A DNA stretch of 64,000 bases from an uncultured Acidobacteriota bacterium (GCA_963805975.1 CAWDVR010000006.1:1-64000), one strand, 5' to 3'; shown: positions 42,787 to 53,199, counted from the first letter of the stretch. Notes: a model not told the origin generated them from the sequence alone. Numbers and translations: made by a program.

Positions 42787-43241
42787 GCCAGGAGACCCAG
42801 GACCATCCGCCGTTCGACAACCGCTGGGTGCAGTCGATCCTGCCGCACCGCTACCCGTTCCTGCTGGTCGACAAGGTGCTCGAGCTCGAGCCGGGCAAGC
42901 GGATCGTGGCGGTCAAGAACTTCACCATCAACGAGCAGTTCTTCACCGGCCACTTCCCGGATCACCCGGTGGTCCCCGGCGTGCTCTTGATCGAGGGCAT
43001 GGCGCAGGCGGGCGGCCTTCTCGCCCTCCACCACCGCCAGGACCGGGGCCAGAAGCTCTCCTACTTCGCCGGCATCGACAAGGCGCGCTTTCGCCGGCCG
43101 GTGGTGCCCGGCGACCAGGTCTTCTACGAGGTGGAGGTCATCGTCATGCGCCTGAACGCCTGCCGGCTGTCGGCCAAGACCCTGGTCGACGGCAAGGTGG
43201 CGGCGGAGGCGATCCTCACATCGGCGATGGTGGACCGGTGA
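42783..43241 (+). CDS. fabZ: 3-hydroxyacyl-ACP dehydratase
   Basis: LPHRYPFLLVD; FFTGHFP; PGVLLIEGMAQ. Confidence 0.98.
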   Translation: MSQETQDHPPFDNRWVQSILPHRYPFLLVDKVLELEPGKRIVAVKNFTINEQFFTGHFPDHPVVPGVLLIEGMAQAGGLLALHHRQDRGQKLSYFAGIDKARFRRPVVPGDQVFYEVEVIVMRLNACRLSAKTLVDGKVAAEAILTSAMVDR

Positions 43242-43271
43242 CGGCGGCACTCGGTCGCGAGGCTGGCTGAC

Positions 43272-44120
43272 ATGGCGGCAGAGATCCATCCCACGGCGGT
43301 GGTCGATCCGGGCGCCGAGCTGGGCCCGGGCGTCTCGGTCGGCCCCCACGCCGTGATCGGCGCGCGGGTCGTGATCGGCGCCGGCAGCTCGATCGGCGCC
43401 GGGGCCCAGGTCCAGGGCCCGACCCGCATCGGCCGCGACAACCGCATCTTCCCCATGGCGGCGATCGGCTTCGAGCCTCAGGACGTGAAGTTCGGCGGCG
43501 AGGACGTGTTCCTCGAGATCGGCGACCGCAACCAGTTTCGCGAGTTCACCACCCTCCACCGCGGCACCGGCAAGGGCGGCGGCGTCACCCGAATCGGCGA
43601 CGACAACTACTTCCTCGCCTACTCGCACGTCGCCCACGACTGCCAGGTGGGAAACCGCACCCTGTTCGTCAACGGCGCAACGCTGGCCGGGCACGTGACG
43701 GTCGAGGACGATGCCACCATCGGCGCCTTCTCCTCCGTGCACCAGTTCTGCCGCGTGGGGCGCCACGCCTACATCGGCGGCTACACGGTGCTCACCCTGG
43801 ATGCCCTGCCCTTCTGCAAGACCGTGGGGCAGAAGGCCCTCTGCTACGGCCTCAACACCATCGGCTTGAAGCGCAAGGGCTTCGGCGACGAGAGCGTCGC
43901 CCGCCTGGGGAAAGCGGTGCGCCTGCTGCTGCGCGGGAAGATCTCCACCGCCGACGCCCTGGCCCGCCTGCGGGCGGACTTCGGCGCCGACGAGGCCGTC
44001 GAGTACCTGGCGGCCTTCGTCGAGACCTCGCAGCGCGGCGTGGTCAAGGCCATCCCCGGCCGGCGCGGCGGGCGCGGTGGCGAGGACGGTGCCTCGGCGG
44101 AGGAGGGCGAGAGTGGCTGA
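43272..44120 (+). CDS. lpxA: Acyl-ACP--UDP-GlcNAc O-acyltransferase
   Basis: IHPTAVV; PQDVKF; HRGT; HVAHDC; LAGHV; HQFCRVG. Confidence 0.97.
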   Translation: MAAEIHPTAVVDPGAELGPGVSVGPHAVIGARVVIGAGSSIGAGAQVQGPTRIGRDNRIFPMAAIGFEPQDVKFGGEDVFLEIGDRNQFREFTTLHRGTGKGGGVTRIGDDNYFLAYSHVAHDCQVGNRTLFVNGATLAGHVTVEDDATIGAFSSVHQFCRVGRHAYIGGYTVLTLDALPFCKTVGQKALCYGLNTIGLKRKGFGDESVARLGKAVRLLLRGKISTADALARLRADFGADEAVEYLAAFVETSQRGVVKAIPGRRGGRGGEDGASAEEGESG

Positions 44121-45066
44121 GGTCGCGGTCGGCGTGATCGGCGCCGGTGGCATGGGCCGCCACCACATCCGGCTCCTGGCCCAGATGCCGGGCGCGCGAC
44201 TGGTGGGCATTCACGACAAGAACCCCGAGACGGCCGCGGCCCAGTCCGCCGAGCGCGGCGGCGTGCCGGTCTTCCCGAGCGTCGAGGAGCTGGCCGCGGA
44301 GTGCGAGGCCCTGGTGCTCGCCGTGCCCACCGTCGACCACGCCGAGCTCGGCTGCAGGCTGCTCGCGGCGGGCAAGCACCTGCTGATCGAGAAGCCGCTG
44401 GCGGCGAGCCTCGACGAGGCCGATCGGCTGATCGAAGCCGCCGGCAGCGCACCGCCGGTGCTGGCCGTGGGCCACGTCGAGTTCTTCAACCCCGCGGTGG
44501 CCGCCCTGCTCGCGGTGGGCACGCCGCCCCGCTTCGTCGAGGTGCAGCGGCTGGCCGCCTTCACCCCCCGCAGCCTGGACGTGGACGTGGTCCTCGATCT
44601 GATGATCCACGATCTCCAGATCCTCCACGCGCTCGATCCGAGCCCGCTCGCCGAGGTGCGCGCCACGGGCATCAACGTGCTCTCGCCGCGCATCGACATC
44701 GCCAACGTGCGGCTGGAGTTCGAGTCCGGCTGTGTGGCCAACCTGACGGCCTCGCGGGTCTCGGCCGACCGGGTGCGGAAGCTCCGGGCCTTCCTTCCCA
44801 GCCGCTACTACTCGCTGGACTACATGGAGCAGGAGGTCAAGGGCTTCCGGCTCGACCAGCGCGAGGGCGCCCGCGCCATCGTCCCGGACGACTTGCCCGT
44901 CGAGCGCGACGAGCCCCTGAAGCGCGAGCTCGAGGCCTTCCTCGCCGCCTGCCGCGGCGAGCCGGCGCGCATCGTCTCCGGCCCCGAGGCCCGCCAGGCC
45001 CTGGCCACGGCCCTGGCGGTGGTGGAGGCGATCGGGCGGGTGGGGAAGCGGGGCCTGGCAGATTGA
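44113..45066 (+). CDS. Gfo/Idh/MocA oxidoreductase, GnnA-like
   Basis: GAGGMG; LIEKP; VGHVEFFNPA; DVVLDLMIHD; ANLTASRVS; overlaps the lpxA stop. Confidence 0.88.
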   Translation: MAEVAVGVIGAGGMGRHHIRLLAQMPGARLVGIHDKNPETAAAQSAERGGVPVFPSVEELAAECEALVLAVPTVDHAELGCRLLAAGKHLLIEKPLAASLDEADRLIEAAGSAPPVLAVGHVEFFNPAVAALLAVGTPPRFVEVQRLAAFTPRSLDVDVVLDLMIHDLQILHALDPSPLAEVRATGINVLSPRIDIANVRLEFESGCVANLTASRVSADRVRKLRAFLPSRYYSLDYMEQEVKGFRLDQREGARAIVPDDLPVERDEPLKRELEAFLAACRGEPARIVSGPEARQALATALAVVEAIGRVGKRGLAD

Positions 45067-45177
45067 ATTTCGGATGTTCGATCTGCAAAGGCTGACCCTC
45101 GGCCCTGTGCTACTCTCCCGCCTCTCACGAGCCCACGAGCGGGTCTTTTAGCGCCCTTCCAGAGTCGAAACACGCCC

Positions 45178-46050
45178 ATGTCCGACATCCACTTCGGCGT
45201 CATCGGCGGCAGTGGTCTCTATGCCATGGAGGGGCTGACGGTCGTCGAGGAGCGGCGGCTCGAGACCCCGTTCGGCGAGCCGTCGGACGCCTACGTGATC
45301 GGGCTCCTCGAAGGCAGGAAGGTCGCCTTCCTGCCGCGCCACGGCCGCGGGCACCGGCTGCTGCCCACCGAGCTCAACTTCCGCGCCAACCTCTTCGGCT
45401 TCAAGCTGCTGGGCGTCGAGCAGATCCTCTCGGTGTCGGCCGTGGGCTCGATGAAGATCGGCTACCGGCCGACCGAGATCGTGGTGCCGGACCAGTTCTT
45501 CGACCGCACCCGCCACCGGCCGGACACCTTCTTCGGCGACGGGCTGGTGGCGCACGTGTCCATGGCCAGGCCGGTCTGCCCGATGCTCTCCCGGCTGATG
45601 GTGGAGGAGGGCCTGGCCGCCGGCGCCGTGATGCACGAGGGCGGCACCTACCTCTGCATGGAGGGGCCGCAGTTCTCGACCCGGGCCGAGTCCGACATCT
45701 ACCGCCAGTGGGGCGTGGACGTGATCGGCATGACCAACCTCCAGGAGGCGAAGCTCGCCCGCGAGGCCGAGATCTGCTACGCGACGCTCGCCATGGTGAC
45801 CGACTACGACTGCTGGCACGAGGAAGAGGAGGCGGTGTCGGTGGACGCGGTGATGGCCGTGCTGGCGCAGAACGCGAAGATGGCGCAGGAGATCGTGCGG
45901 CGGGCGATCGCTCGTTTGCCGGAGACGCCGGCGCGGACCTGCGCCTGCGCCACCGCTCTCGCCACGGCGCTCGTCACCGACCCCAAAGTGATCCCGCCCT
46001 CGACCCTCGCCAGGCTGGCGCCGATCGTCGGCAAGTACTACCCTGGCTAG
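45178..46050 (+). CDS. mtnP: S-methyl-5'-thioadenosine phosphorylase
   Basis: IGGSGLY; TPFGEPSD; PRHGRGH; [11 protein letters not shown]; [13 protein letters not shown]; TDYDCW. Confidence 0.95.
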   Translation: MSDIHFGVIGGSGLYAMEGLTVVEERRLETPFGEPSDAYVIGLLEGRKVAFLPRHGRGHRLLPTELNFRANLFGFKLLGVEQILSVSAVGSMKIGYRPTEIVVPDQFFDRTRHRPDTFFGDGLVAHVSMARPVCPMLSRLMVEEGLAAGAVMHEGGTYLCMEGPQFSTRAESDIYRQWGVDVIGMTNLQEAKLAREAEICYATLAMVTDYDCWHEEEEAVSVDAVMAVLAQNAKMAQEIVRRAIARLPETPARTCACATALATALVTDPKVIPPSTLARLAPIVGKYYPG

Positions 46051-46074
46051 ACCGCGCGCTTCTCGGAAGGACGA

Positions 46075-46833
46075 ATGCCCCGCATCCTGATCACCAACGA
46101 CGACGGCGTGTTCTCGACCGGCATCAAGGCGCTGGCCTCGGAGCTCTCGACCCTGGCCGAAGTGATCGTGGTCGCTCCCGACCGCGAGCAGAGCGCCACC
46201 AGCCACGCGCTCACGCTGCACCGGCCGCTGCGCCTGCAACGGCTGGAGGAGAACTGGTACGCGGTGGACGGCACGCCCACCGACTGCGTCAACCTGGCGA
46301 TCCTCTCGCTGCTCGAGAAGACGCCGCCGGACATGGTGGTCTCCGGCATCAACTTCGGCCTCAACCTGGGCGACGACGTGACCTACTCCGGCACGGTGAG
46401 CGCCACCTTCGAGGGCTCGCTCCTGGGCATTCCCTCGGTGGCCTTCAGCCAGGAGGTGGCCGAGGGGTTCTCCTTCGAGCGCGGGGCGAGCTTCGCACGG
46501 CTCCTGATCGAGACGCTGCTCTCCGCGCCGCGGCGGCCGGGCCTGCTGGTCAACGTCAACTTCCCGGCCGGGCCGTTCGCCGGCGTCCGGCTCACGCGTC
46601 TCGGGCGCCGCGAGTACAAGCAGTCGATCGTCGAGAAGCTCGACCCGCGGGGCCGCAAGTACTACTGGATCGCCGGCACGCCGGAGTGGGAGCAGGCCGA
46701 GGGCACGGACCAGCACGCGGTGTCGCAGGGGTGCGTGTCGCTGACGCCGCTGCATCTCGACCTCACCTCGTACCCTGCGATCGAGGATCTGACCGGCCTG
46801 CGCGACCGCCTGGACACCGCGCTCAGGGCCTAG
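46075..46833 (+). CDS. surE: 5'/3'-nucleotidase SurE
   Basis: ILITNDDG; GTPTDCV; SGINFGLNLG; YSGTV. Confidence 0.97.
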   Translation: MPRILITNDDGVFSTGIKALASELSTLAEVIVVAPDREQSATSHALTLHRPLRLQRLEENWYAVDGTPTDCVNLAILSLLEKTPPDMVVSGINFGLNLGDDVTYSGTVSATFEGSLLGIPSVAFSQEVAEGFSFERGASFARLLIETLLSAPRRPGLLVNVNFPAGPFAGVRLTRLGRREYKQSIVEKLDPRGRKYYWIAGTPEWEQAEGTDQHAVSQGCVSLTPLHLDLTSYPAIEDLTGLRDRLDTALRA

Positions 46834-46841
46834 CCGCACCG

Positions 46842-47489
46842 ATGATCGACTACACGCTGCGCCGCGAGAGCATGGTGCGGGACCAGATCGCGGCCCGTGG
46901 CGTCGCCGATCCACGGGTGCTCGCCGCCCTGCGCAAGGTGCCGCGCCACGAGTTCGTGCCCGAGCACCTGCGCCACCAGGCCTACGGCGACCATGCGCTG
47001 CCCATCGCCGGCGGGCAGACCATCTCGCAGCCCTTCGTGGTGGCGCGCATGACCGAGCTGCTCAAGGTGGAGCCGGAGGCGAGCGTGCTCGAGATCGGCA
47101 GCGGCTCGGGCTACCAGACGGCGGTACTGGCACAGCTCGCCCGCCGGGTGTTCAGCCTGGAGCGTGTGCCCGAGCTGGCGCGCCAGGCGGTCGAGCGCAT
47201 GCGGCAGATGAAGCTCGACAACGTCAAGGTGCAGGTCTTCGACGGCACCATGGGCTGGAAGGACATGGGGCCGTTCGACCGCATCCTGGTCACGGCCGGC
47301 GCACCCCACGTGCCGCCGCCGCTCCTCGAGCAGCTCGCGCTCGGCGGCCGGCTGGTGATCCCCGAGGGCGACCGCATGCGCCAGAAGCTGGTGATCTACG
47401 ACCGGACCAAGCGCGGCATGCGGCGCACCGAGGGCGACCCCGTGGCGTTCGTGCCGCTGATCGGCCGCCACGGCTGGGACAAGGACTGA
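46842..47489 (+). CDS. pcm: Protein-L-isoaspartate O-methyltransferase
   Basis: VPRHEFV; GQTISQP; LEIGSGSGYQ; FVPLIG. Confidence 0.96.
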   Translation: MIDYTLRRESMVRDQIAARGVADPRVLAALRKVPRHEFVPEHLRHQAYGDHALPIAGGQTISQPFVVARMTELLKVEPEASVLEIGSGSGYQTAVLAQLARRVFSLERVPELARQAVERMRQMKLDNVKVQVFDGTMGWKDMGPFDRILVTAGAPHVPPPLLEQLALGGRLVIPEGDRMRQKLVIYDRTKRGMRRTEGDPVAFVPLIGRHGWDKD

Positions 47490-47646
47490 CCAGCCCGTTC
47501 CCGCTCCGACCGCGGGCGTAGCTTTTCTTACCGGCTCCGAGCTCCATCACCCTTTCATGGGGTGCACCCATGACACAATCATTGTTTGGTGCGCTCGGCG
47601 GATGCCTCCGCCAGAAGCGCGACCCCACAAAGGCAGCGGAAACTCT

Positions 47647-48276
47647 ATGGAAACGGCAGCTCCCTCGGTCCTCCTGGCTGGTTCGCCGATTGCCCCACCC
47701 TGCCATGCATGCGCCTTTTTCAACTCGAAGGAAGAAGAGTACGACGTGCTCCTCTCGTTCATCAGGGAGGGGTTCGACCAGGGCGACAAGAGCTTTCACA
47801 TCATCGACGAAGCCAGGCGCTCCGAGTACCTGGACCGCCTGGCGGGTAGCGGCATCGATCTCCAGGCCGCGGAGCAGAGCGGACAGCTCGAGGTCCGAGG
47901 CTGGGAGAACGCCCATCTGCGGCCCGGCTGGTTCGACCAGGAGGCGATGCTCGCGCTGGTGGAGGAGGTCTTGAGCGACTCCCGCCAGAAGGGCTTCCGG
48001 CACACCCGCTGGGTGGCCAACATGGGGTGGGCGCTCGAGGATCGGCCTGGAGTCCAGGACCTGGTCGAGTACTGCGCGCGCCTCAACCAGGTGGTGCCCA
48101 AGTACCACGCGTCGGTGATCTGCACCTATGACCTCGCCCGCTTCACGGCGGCCCAGGTGGTCGATGTCCTGCGCTGCCATCCGATGGCCGTGATCGGCGG
48201 GATCGTGCAGCACAACCCGTTCTTCGTCCCTCCCGAGGAGCTCGTCCGGGAGATCCGCGAGGCGCGTCACCATTAG
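47647..48276 (+). CDS. MEDS-domain sensory protein
   Basis: HACAFFNSKEEEY..FIREG; RWVANMGWA; VICTYDL; VLRCHP. Confidence 0.88.
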   Translation: METAAPSVLLAGSPIAPPCHACAFFNSKEEEYDVLLSFIREGFDQGDKSFHIIDEARRSEYLDRLAGSGIDLQAAEQSGQLEVRGWENAHLRPGWFDQEAMLALVEEVLSDSRQKGFRHTRWVANMGWALEDRPGVQDLVEYCARLNQVVPKYHASVICTYDLARFTAAQVVDVLRCHPMAVIGGIVQHNPFFVPPEELVREIREARHH

Positions 48277-48321
48277 CTCTCCTGCGAGGCACTTCTCAAG
48301 CGAGGCGAGCGGATCGGAGCG

Positions 48322-50433
48322 ATGAGCCAGCCACCGGACGAAGCGGACCGCCTCCGCCGGACATTGCGTGACCTGGTGGCCCTTTCGGTCCTGCCCGCCG
48401 CCTGGCAGAGCTACGACCTCGACCGCCTCGCCGACAGCGCCGCCGAGATGGCGGTGAGCGTTCTTTCCGTCGACCTCGGGTATCTCCGACTGGGGCCGAC
48501 CCCGGGGGCGTCGAGCGAGGCCGTACGGCTTCCGGGCGGGCCGGCCTCGCCGGAGGAGGCACGGAAGGTGTGCGAAGCCCTCCTCCCCTGGCTGCAGCAC
48601 TCGCCGAGCCCGCGCGGGACGATGGCCGACCCGCTGGGGGAGGGCGTGCTCCACCTGGCCGCGGCGCGCTTCGGCTCGGGCCTCGACGAGGGGGTGCTGG
48701 TCGCCGGCTCGCGCCGCGCCGACTTTCCGAACGAGGCGGAGCGGCTGCTGCTGAGCGTCGCGGCCAATCAGGTCGCGACTGTCACCTACCGCATTCGCGC
48801 CGACCACGAGCGGTCGACCTTGATCGAGCGCTCGCATCTCCTGGCGGCGGTCGTCGAGTCCACCCAGGACGCCGTGGTGAGCAAGACCCTCGAGGGGGTG
48901 ATCACCTCCTGGAACCGGGGCGCCGAGCGCTTGTTCGGCTATTCGGCGGCGGAGGCCGTCGGCCGGCCGGTCACCATGCTGATCCCCGCCGGTCGCCACC
49001 ACGAGGAGGATCTGATCCTCGGGCGGATCCGGCGCAACGAGACCGTGGACTCCTACGACACCATCCGTCAGCGCAAGGACGGGAGCCTGGTCGAGATCTC
49101 GCTCACCGTGTCCCCGATCCTCGGCCCCGAAGGGCGCGTGATCGGAGCCTCGAAGATCGCGCGCGACATCACCGATCGCCGGCGCATCGAGGCCGAGCGG
49201 CAAATGGCCTGGCAGCGCGAGCGCGAGGCGCACAAGGAGACGCAGCTCGCCGAGGAGCGCGAGCGCGCCGCCCGCACCGCGGCCGAGCGCGCGTCGCGAT
49301 TGCGCGACGAGTTCCTGGCCACCGTCTCCCACGAGCTGCGCAACCCGCTGAACAGCGTCCTCGGTTGGACGGAGCTGCTGCGGCGCGCTCCGGAGGACGA
49401 AGAGACCAGGACGCAGGCGGTGGAAGCGATCGAGCGTGGAGCCCGGGCCCAGACCCGATTGATCGACGATCTCCTGGACATGAGTCGCATCATCTCCGGC
49501 AAGCTGCGCCTCGACGTCCAGACGGTGGATCTGGCGCCCGTCGTCCAGGCGGCGGTGGAGACTATCCAGCCCGCGGCGGAGGTCAAGGAGATCCGCATCG
49601 AGCAGGTGATCGACCCGCTGGCCGGCCCGATCAAGGGCGACTCCTCCCGATTGCTGCAGATCCTCTGGAACCTGCTGTCCAACGCCGTCAAGTTCACTCC
49701 CAAGGGCGGCAAGGTCCAGGTCCATCTCGAGCGGGTCAACTCCCACGTCGAGCTGAGCGTCAGTGACACCGGCGTGGGCATCGTGCCCGAGTTCCTGCCC
49801 CACGTCTTCGACCGCTTCCGGCAGGCCGACAGCTCCACCACCCGCCGCTTCGGCGGCCTCGGCCTGGGCCTCTCGCTGGTCAAGCACCTGGTCGAGCTGC
49901 ACGGCGGGCGGGTCTGGGCGAGGAGCGCCGGAGAGGGGTTGGGCTCGACCTTCAGCGTCCACCTGCCGATCGCCATCGTGCGGCAGGACTCGGCCGGGCG
50001 CGAGCACCCTGCGGCACCTCGCCCGGTGGAGGAGCCCTGGGAAGAGGTGGACCTGGCCGGCATTCGAGTGCTGGTGGTGGATGACGACCCGGACGCCTGC
50101 GAGGTGCTGCGCCGGGTGCTCGAGGAGCGCGGCGCCAAAGTGGCGGTTGCGACCTCGGCGCGGGCGGCGCTCGACCAGCTCGAGCAGCGCGAGCCGGACG
50201 TCCTGGTCAGCGACATCGGCATGCCGGAGATCGACGGCTACGAGCTCATCCGGCGGGTCCGGGCCCGCGGCTCGACGCTGGCGGCGGTCGCGGTCACCGC
50301 CTTCGCCCGCGCGGAGGACCGCATTCGAGCGCTGCGCGCGGGCTTCAACATGCACGTCGCCAAACCCCTCGAACCCAAGGAGCTGATCGCCGTCGTCGCG
50401 GCGCTGGTCAGCACTGAGTCGTCGGGCCGATAG
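48322..50433 (+). CDS. GAF-like/PAS hybrid histidine kinase-response regulator
   Basis: PAS (SWNRGAERLFGY), SHELRNPL, NLLSNAVKFT, GGLGLGL, receiver SDIGMP. Confidence 0.95.
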   Translation: MSQPPDEADRLRRTLRDLVALSVLPAAWQSYDLDRLADSAAEMAVSVLSVDLGYLRLGPTPGASSEAVRLPGGPASPEEARKVCEALLPWLQHSPSPRGTMADPLGEGVLHLAAARFGSGLDEGVLVAGSRRADFPNEAERLLLSVAANQVATVTYRIRADHERSTLIERSHLLAAVVESTQDAVVSKTLEGVITSWNRGAERLFGYSAAEAVGRPVTMLIPAGRHHEEDLILGRIRRNETVDSYDTIRQRKDGSLVEISLTVSPILGPEGRVIGASKIARDITDRRRIEAERQMAWQREREAHKETQLAEERERAARTAAERASRLRDEFLATVSHELRNPLNSVLGWTELLRRAPEDEETRTQAVEAIERGARAQTRLIDDLLDMSRIISGKLRLDVQTVDLAPVVQAAVETIQPAAEVKEIRIEQVIDPLAGPIKGDSSRLLQILWNLLSNAVKFTPKGGKVQVHLERVNSHVELSVSDTGVGIVPEFLPHVFDRFRQADSSTTRRFGGLGLGLSLVKHLVELHGGRVWARSAGEGLGSTFSVHLPIAIVRQDSAGREHPAAPRPVEEPWEEVDLAGIRVLVVDDDPDACEVLRRVLEERGAKVAVATSARAALDQLEQREPDVLVSDIGMPEIDGYELIRRVRARGSTLAAVAVTAFARAEDRIRALRAGFNMHVAKPLEPKELIAVVAALVSTESSGR

Positions 50434-50460
50434 ATAGAGGGGAGCTCTGCGGGAGAGAGC

Positions 50461-50976
50461 ATGGACGAGCTGAAGCGCTACATCCGCGAGGTGCCGGACT
50501 TCCCCAAGCCCGGCATCCTCTTCTACGACATCACCACGCTGCTGCGCGACCCGCGGGGCCTGCGCCTGACCGTGGACCGCATGGTGGAGCAGTTCTCCGA
50601 TCTGCCGGTCGACCGCGTGGTGGGCATCGAGTCGCGCGGGTTCTTCTTCGGCCCGCTCCTCGCCTACCAGCTCGGCGCCGGCTTCGTGCCGGTGAGAAAG
50701 CCCGGCAAGCTGCCGGCCGCGATCTTCAGCCAGGCCTACGACCTCGAGTACGGCACCGACCAGGTGGAGATGCACCGGGACGGCGTCGAGCCCGGCGAGC
50801 GGGTGCTGATCGTCGACGACGTGATCGCCACCGGCGGCACGGCGCTCGCCACCGCCAAGCTGGTGGAGGCGGCCGGCGCGACGGTCGCTGCGCTCGGCTT
50901 CCTGGTCGAGCTGACCTTCCTCGCCGGGCGGGCTCGGCTGCCCGGCTACGAGGTGCGGTCGCTGATCCAATACTAG
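50461..50976 (+). CDS. apt: Adenine phosphoribosyltransferase
   Basis: [14 protein letters not shown]; IESRGF; RKPGKLP; LEYG; [10 protein letters not shown]. Confidence 0.98.
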   Translation: MDELKRYIREVPDFPKPGILFYDITTLLRDPRGLRLTVDRMVEQFSDLPVDRVVGIESRGFFFGPLLAYQLGAGFVPVRKPGKLPAAIFSQAYDLEYGTDQVEMHRDGVEPGERVLIVDDVIATGGTALATAKLVEAAGATVAALGFLVELTFLAGRARLPGYEVRSLIQY

Positions 50977-51001
50977 GGGCTGCGCTATACTTTCGAGGTT
51001 T

Positions 51002-51078
51002 GCGGCTGTAGCTCAGATGGATAGAGCTGGTGCGTCCTAAGCACAGGGTCGGGGGTTCAAGTCCCTCCAGCCGCACCA
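51002..51078 (+). tRNA. tRNA-Arg (CCT)
   Basis: Acceptor GCGGCTG/CAGCCGC, D-arm GCTC/GAGC with A20, anticodon loop GT-CCT-AA, T-loop TTCAAGT, encoded CCA. Confidence 0.93.
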
Positions 51079-51141
51079 TCACCCGCTGACCCTTCAACCT
51101 CCCACTCCACGGTCCAAGCCGGACGATCCCAGAGAAAGCCG

Positions 51142-51879
51142 ATGAGCCACCTGACCCGCAAGGAGATCAAGCGCGACGAGTTCACCCAGGTTCTGGGCCG
51201 CACCGTCGACTATGCCTCGAGCCACAGCCAGCTCATCGTCAAGGGACTGATCGCCCTCGTCGCGGTGCTGGTCATTGCCGGCCTCGCCGTGCTCTTCTTC
51301 CGCAACCGTGCGGCCACGGCGAGCGAGGCCCTGGCCCAGGCGATGCTGGTCTACCAGGCCGAGATCAATCCCACCACCCCCCAGCCGGACGACCCCGGCA
51401 AGCCCTCGTTCCGCGACGAGCCGAGCCGCCGCGCCCGCGCCACGGAGTTGTTCGAAGGCGTGCGCTCCCGCTACGGCGGCTCCGAGGCGGGCCGGGTGGC
51501 CAAGGTCTATCTCGGGCGGCTCGCGGCCGAGAAGGGCGACCTCGCCGCCGCCCGCGCGCTGTGGAAGGAAGCGCTCGACGGTGCGCCGCGCGACGTCCTC
51601 ACCTCGGCCCTGGAGCTCGACATGGTGAAGCTCGACCTCGCGGAGGGCAAGGACAACGAAGTGGTGACGCGGCTCGAGAGCATGCTCGCGAAGACCGAGA
51701 AGCCGATCCCCGCGGACGTGATCCTCTACGAGCTGGCGGGCGTGCACGAGAAGCTCGGCAAGACCGAAGAGGCCCTCTCCGCCTACCAGCGCATCGTCAA
51801 CGAGTTCCCCCGCTCCCCCTACCTGCCCGAGGCGCAGCAGAAGACCACCAGTCTGGGCGGCTCGCGCGCCACTTCCTAG
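51142..51879 (+). CDS. YfgM-like membrane-anchored TPR protein
   Basis: LTRKEIKRDEF, single TM, TPR helices, YQRIVNEFPRSPY. Confidence 0.85.
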   Translation: MSHLTRKEIKRDEFTQVLGRTVDYASSHSQLIVKGLIALVAVLVIAGLAVLFFRNRAATASEALAQAMLVYQAEINPTTPQPDDPGKPSFRDEPSRRARATELFEGVRSRYGGSEAGRVAKVYLGRLAAEKGDLAAARALWKEALDGAPRDVLTSALELDMVKLDLAEGKDNEVVTRLESMLAKTEKPIPADVILYELAGVHEKLGKTEEALSAYQRIVNEFPRSPYLPEAQQKTTSLGGSRATS

Positions 51880-51884
51880 GGCGC

Positions 51885-53174
51885 ATGACACCGCCCTACA
51901 GGATCCTCGAGCGCCAGCGCTCGGGGATCCCGCTCGCCGACTCCGACATCCGCGAGGTGGTGCAGGGCGCGGCCGACGGCTCGTGGGCGGACGCCCAGCT
52001 CGGCGCCTTCCTGATGGCGGCGGCGCTCAACGGTCTCGACGGCCGCGAGACCCGCACCCTGACCGAGGCCATGCTCGACTCCGGCGAGCGCTGGGACCTG
52101 GCGCGCGACCTCCCGGCGGTGGGCGACAAGCACTCGACCGGCGGCGTGGGCGACAAGGTGTCGCTGGTCCTGGCGCCCCTCCTCGCCGCCTGCGACCGCC
52201 AGGTGGTGATGCTCACCGGCCGCGGCCTGGGGCACACCGGCGGCACGGCGGACAAGCTCGAGGCCATCGCCGGCCTGGACCTGGCGCTCGACCGGGAGCG
52301 GGCCCTCGCGGCGATCGCCAGGAGCGGCGCCGCGATCGGCATGGCGACCGGCGCGATCGCGCCGGCCGACCGCAAGCTCTACGCGCTGCGCGACGTCACC
52401 GCCACCATCGACTCGCTGCCGCTGATCACCGCCAGCATCCTCTCCAAGAAGCTCGCCACCGGCGCCGCGGCCGTGGTCTACGACGTCAAGACCGGCCCCG
52501 GCGCCTTCCTTCCCGAGCCGGAGCGCGCCCGCCAGCTCGCCGAGCTGCTGGTCTCGATCTCGAGCGCCCTGGGCACGCCGGCCTCGGCCATCCTCACCGA
52601 CATGAGCCAGCCGCTGGGCGAGTGGGCGGGCCACGCGGCCGAGGTGCGGGAGACGCTGGCCTGCCTGACGGGCGACGGTCCCGCCGACCTGATGGAGGTC
52701 ACCTTCACCCTCAGCCTGGAGCTGGCGGCCCTGGTCGGACGGCCGCTCACGCAAGAGGAGCTCACGGCCGCCATCGCCTCCGGCCGTGCCCACCGCGCCT
52801 TCGAGCGCTGGGCCGAGGCGCAGGGTGCCGCGCCGGGCTGGGAGCGCCACGCGGCGCTCGACCTGGCGCCGGTCGAGATGGTGCTCGAGGCCGAGCAGGG
52901 CGGCACGCTCGTCGCCGTGGACACCAAGGAGCTGGGCCTGCTGCTCGCCGAGGCGGGGGGCGGGCGGCAGAAGCCCGGCGACGCCATCGACCACGGGGTG
53001 TCGCTGTGGTACCGCGCGCGGCTCGGCCGGCGGCTCGAACGCGGGGACGAGCTGGCCCGCCTCTACCTGCGGCAAGCGGACGCCGATCTCGCCCGTAGGT
53101 TCCGCTCCTGCTTCACGCTGGGAGAGGAGCCGCTGGTGGCGCCGGCCCTGATCCAGGAGCGCATCGGCCCGTGA
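51885..53174 (+). CDS. pdp: Pyrimidine-nucleoside/thymidine phosphorylase
   Basis: DKHSTGGVGDK; GRGLGHTGGTADKLE; ADRKLYALRDVTAT; ASILSKK. Confidence 0.95.
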   Translation: MTPPYRILERQRSGIPLADSDIREVVQGAADGSWADAQLGAFLMAAALNGLDGRETRTLTEAMLDSGERWDLARDLPAVGDKHSTGGVGDKVSLVLAPLLAACDRQVVMLTGRGLGHTGGTADKLEAIAGLDLALDRERALAAIARSGAAIGMATGAIAPADRKLYALRDVTATIDSLPLITASILSKKLATGAAAVVYDVKTGPGAFLPEPERARQLAELLVSISSALGTPASAILTDMSQPLGEWAGHAAEVRETLACLTGDGPADLMEVTFTLSLELAALVGRPLTQEELTAAIASGRAHRAFERWAEAQGAAPGWERHAALDLAPVEMVLEAEQGGTLVAVDTKELGLLLAEAGGGRQKPGDAIDHGVSLWYRARLGRRLERGDELARLYLRQADADLARRFRSCFTLGEEPLVAPALIQERIGP

Positions 53175-53199
53175 GAGACCTCCGCCCGAGAGCCTGACT

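Noticed and set aside
47290-50970. 1226-aa minus-strand ORF and similar long antisense ORFs (e.g. 35282..38239, 38427..40850)
   Set aside because: Antisense shadows of well-supported plus-strand genes, expected at high GC.
51002-51140. tRNA-Arg as an island integration site
   Set aside because: Flanked by core genes; no duplicated 3' end or integrase seen nearby.
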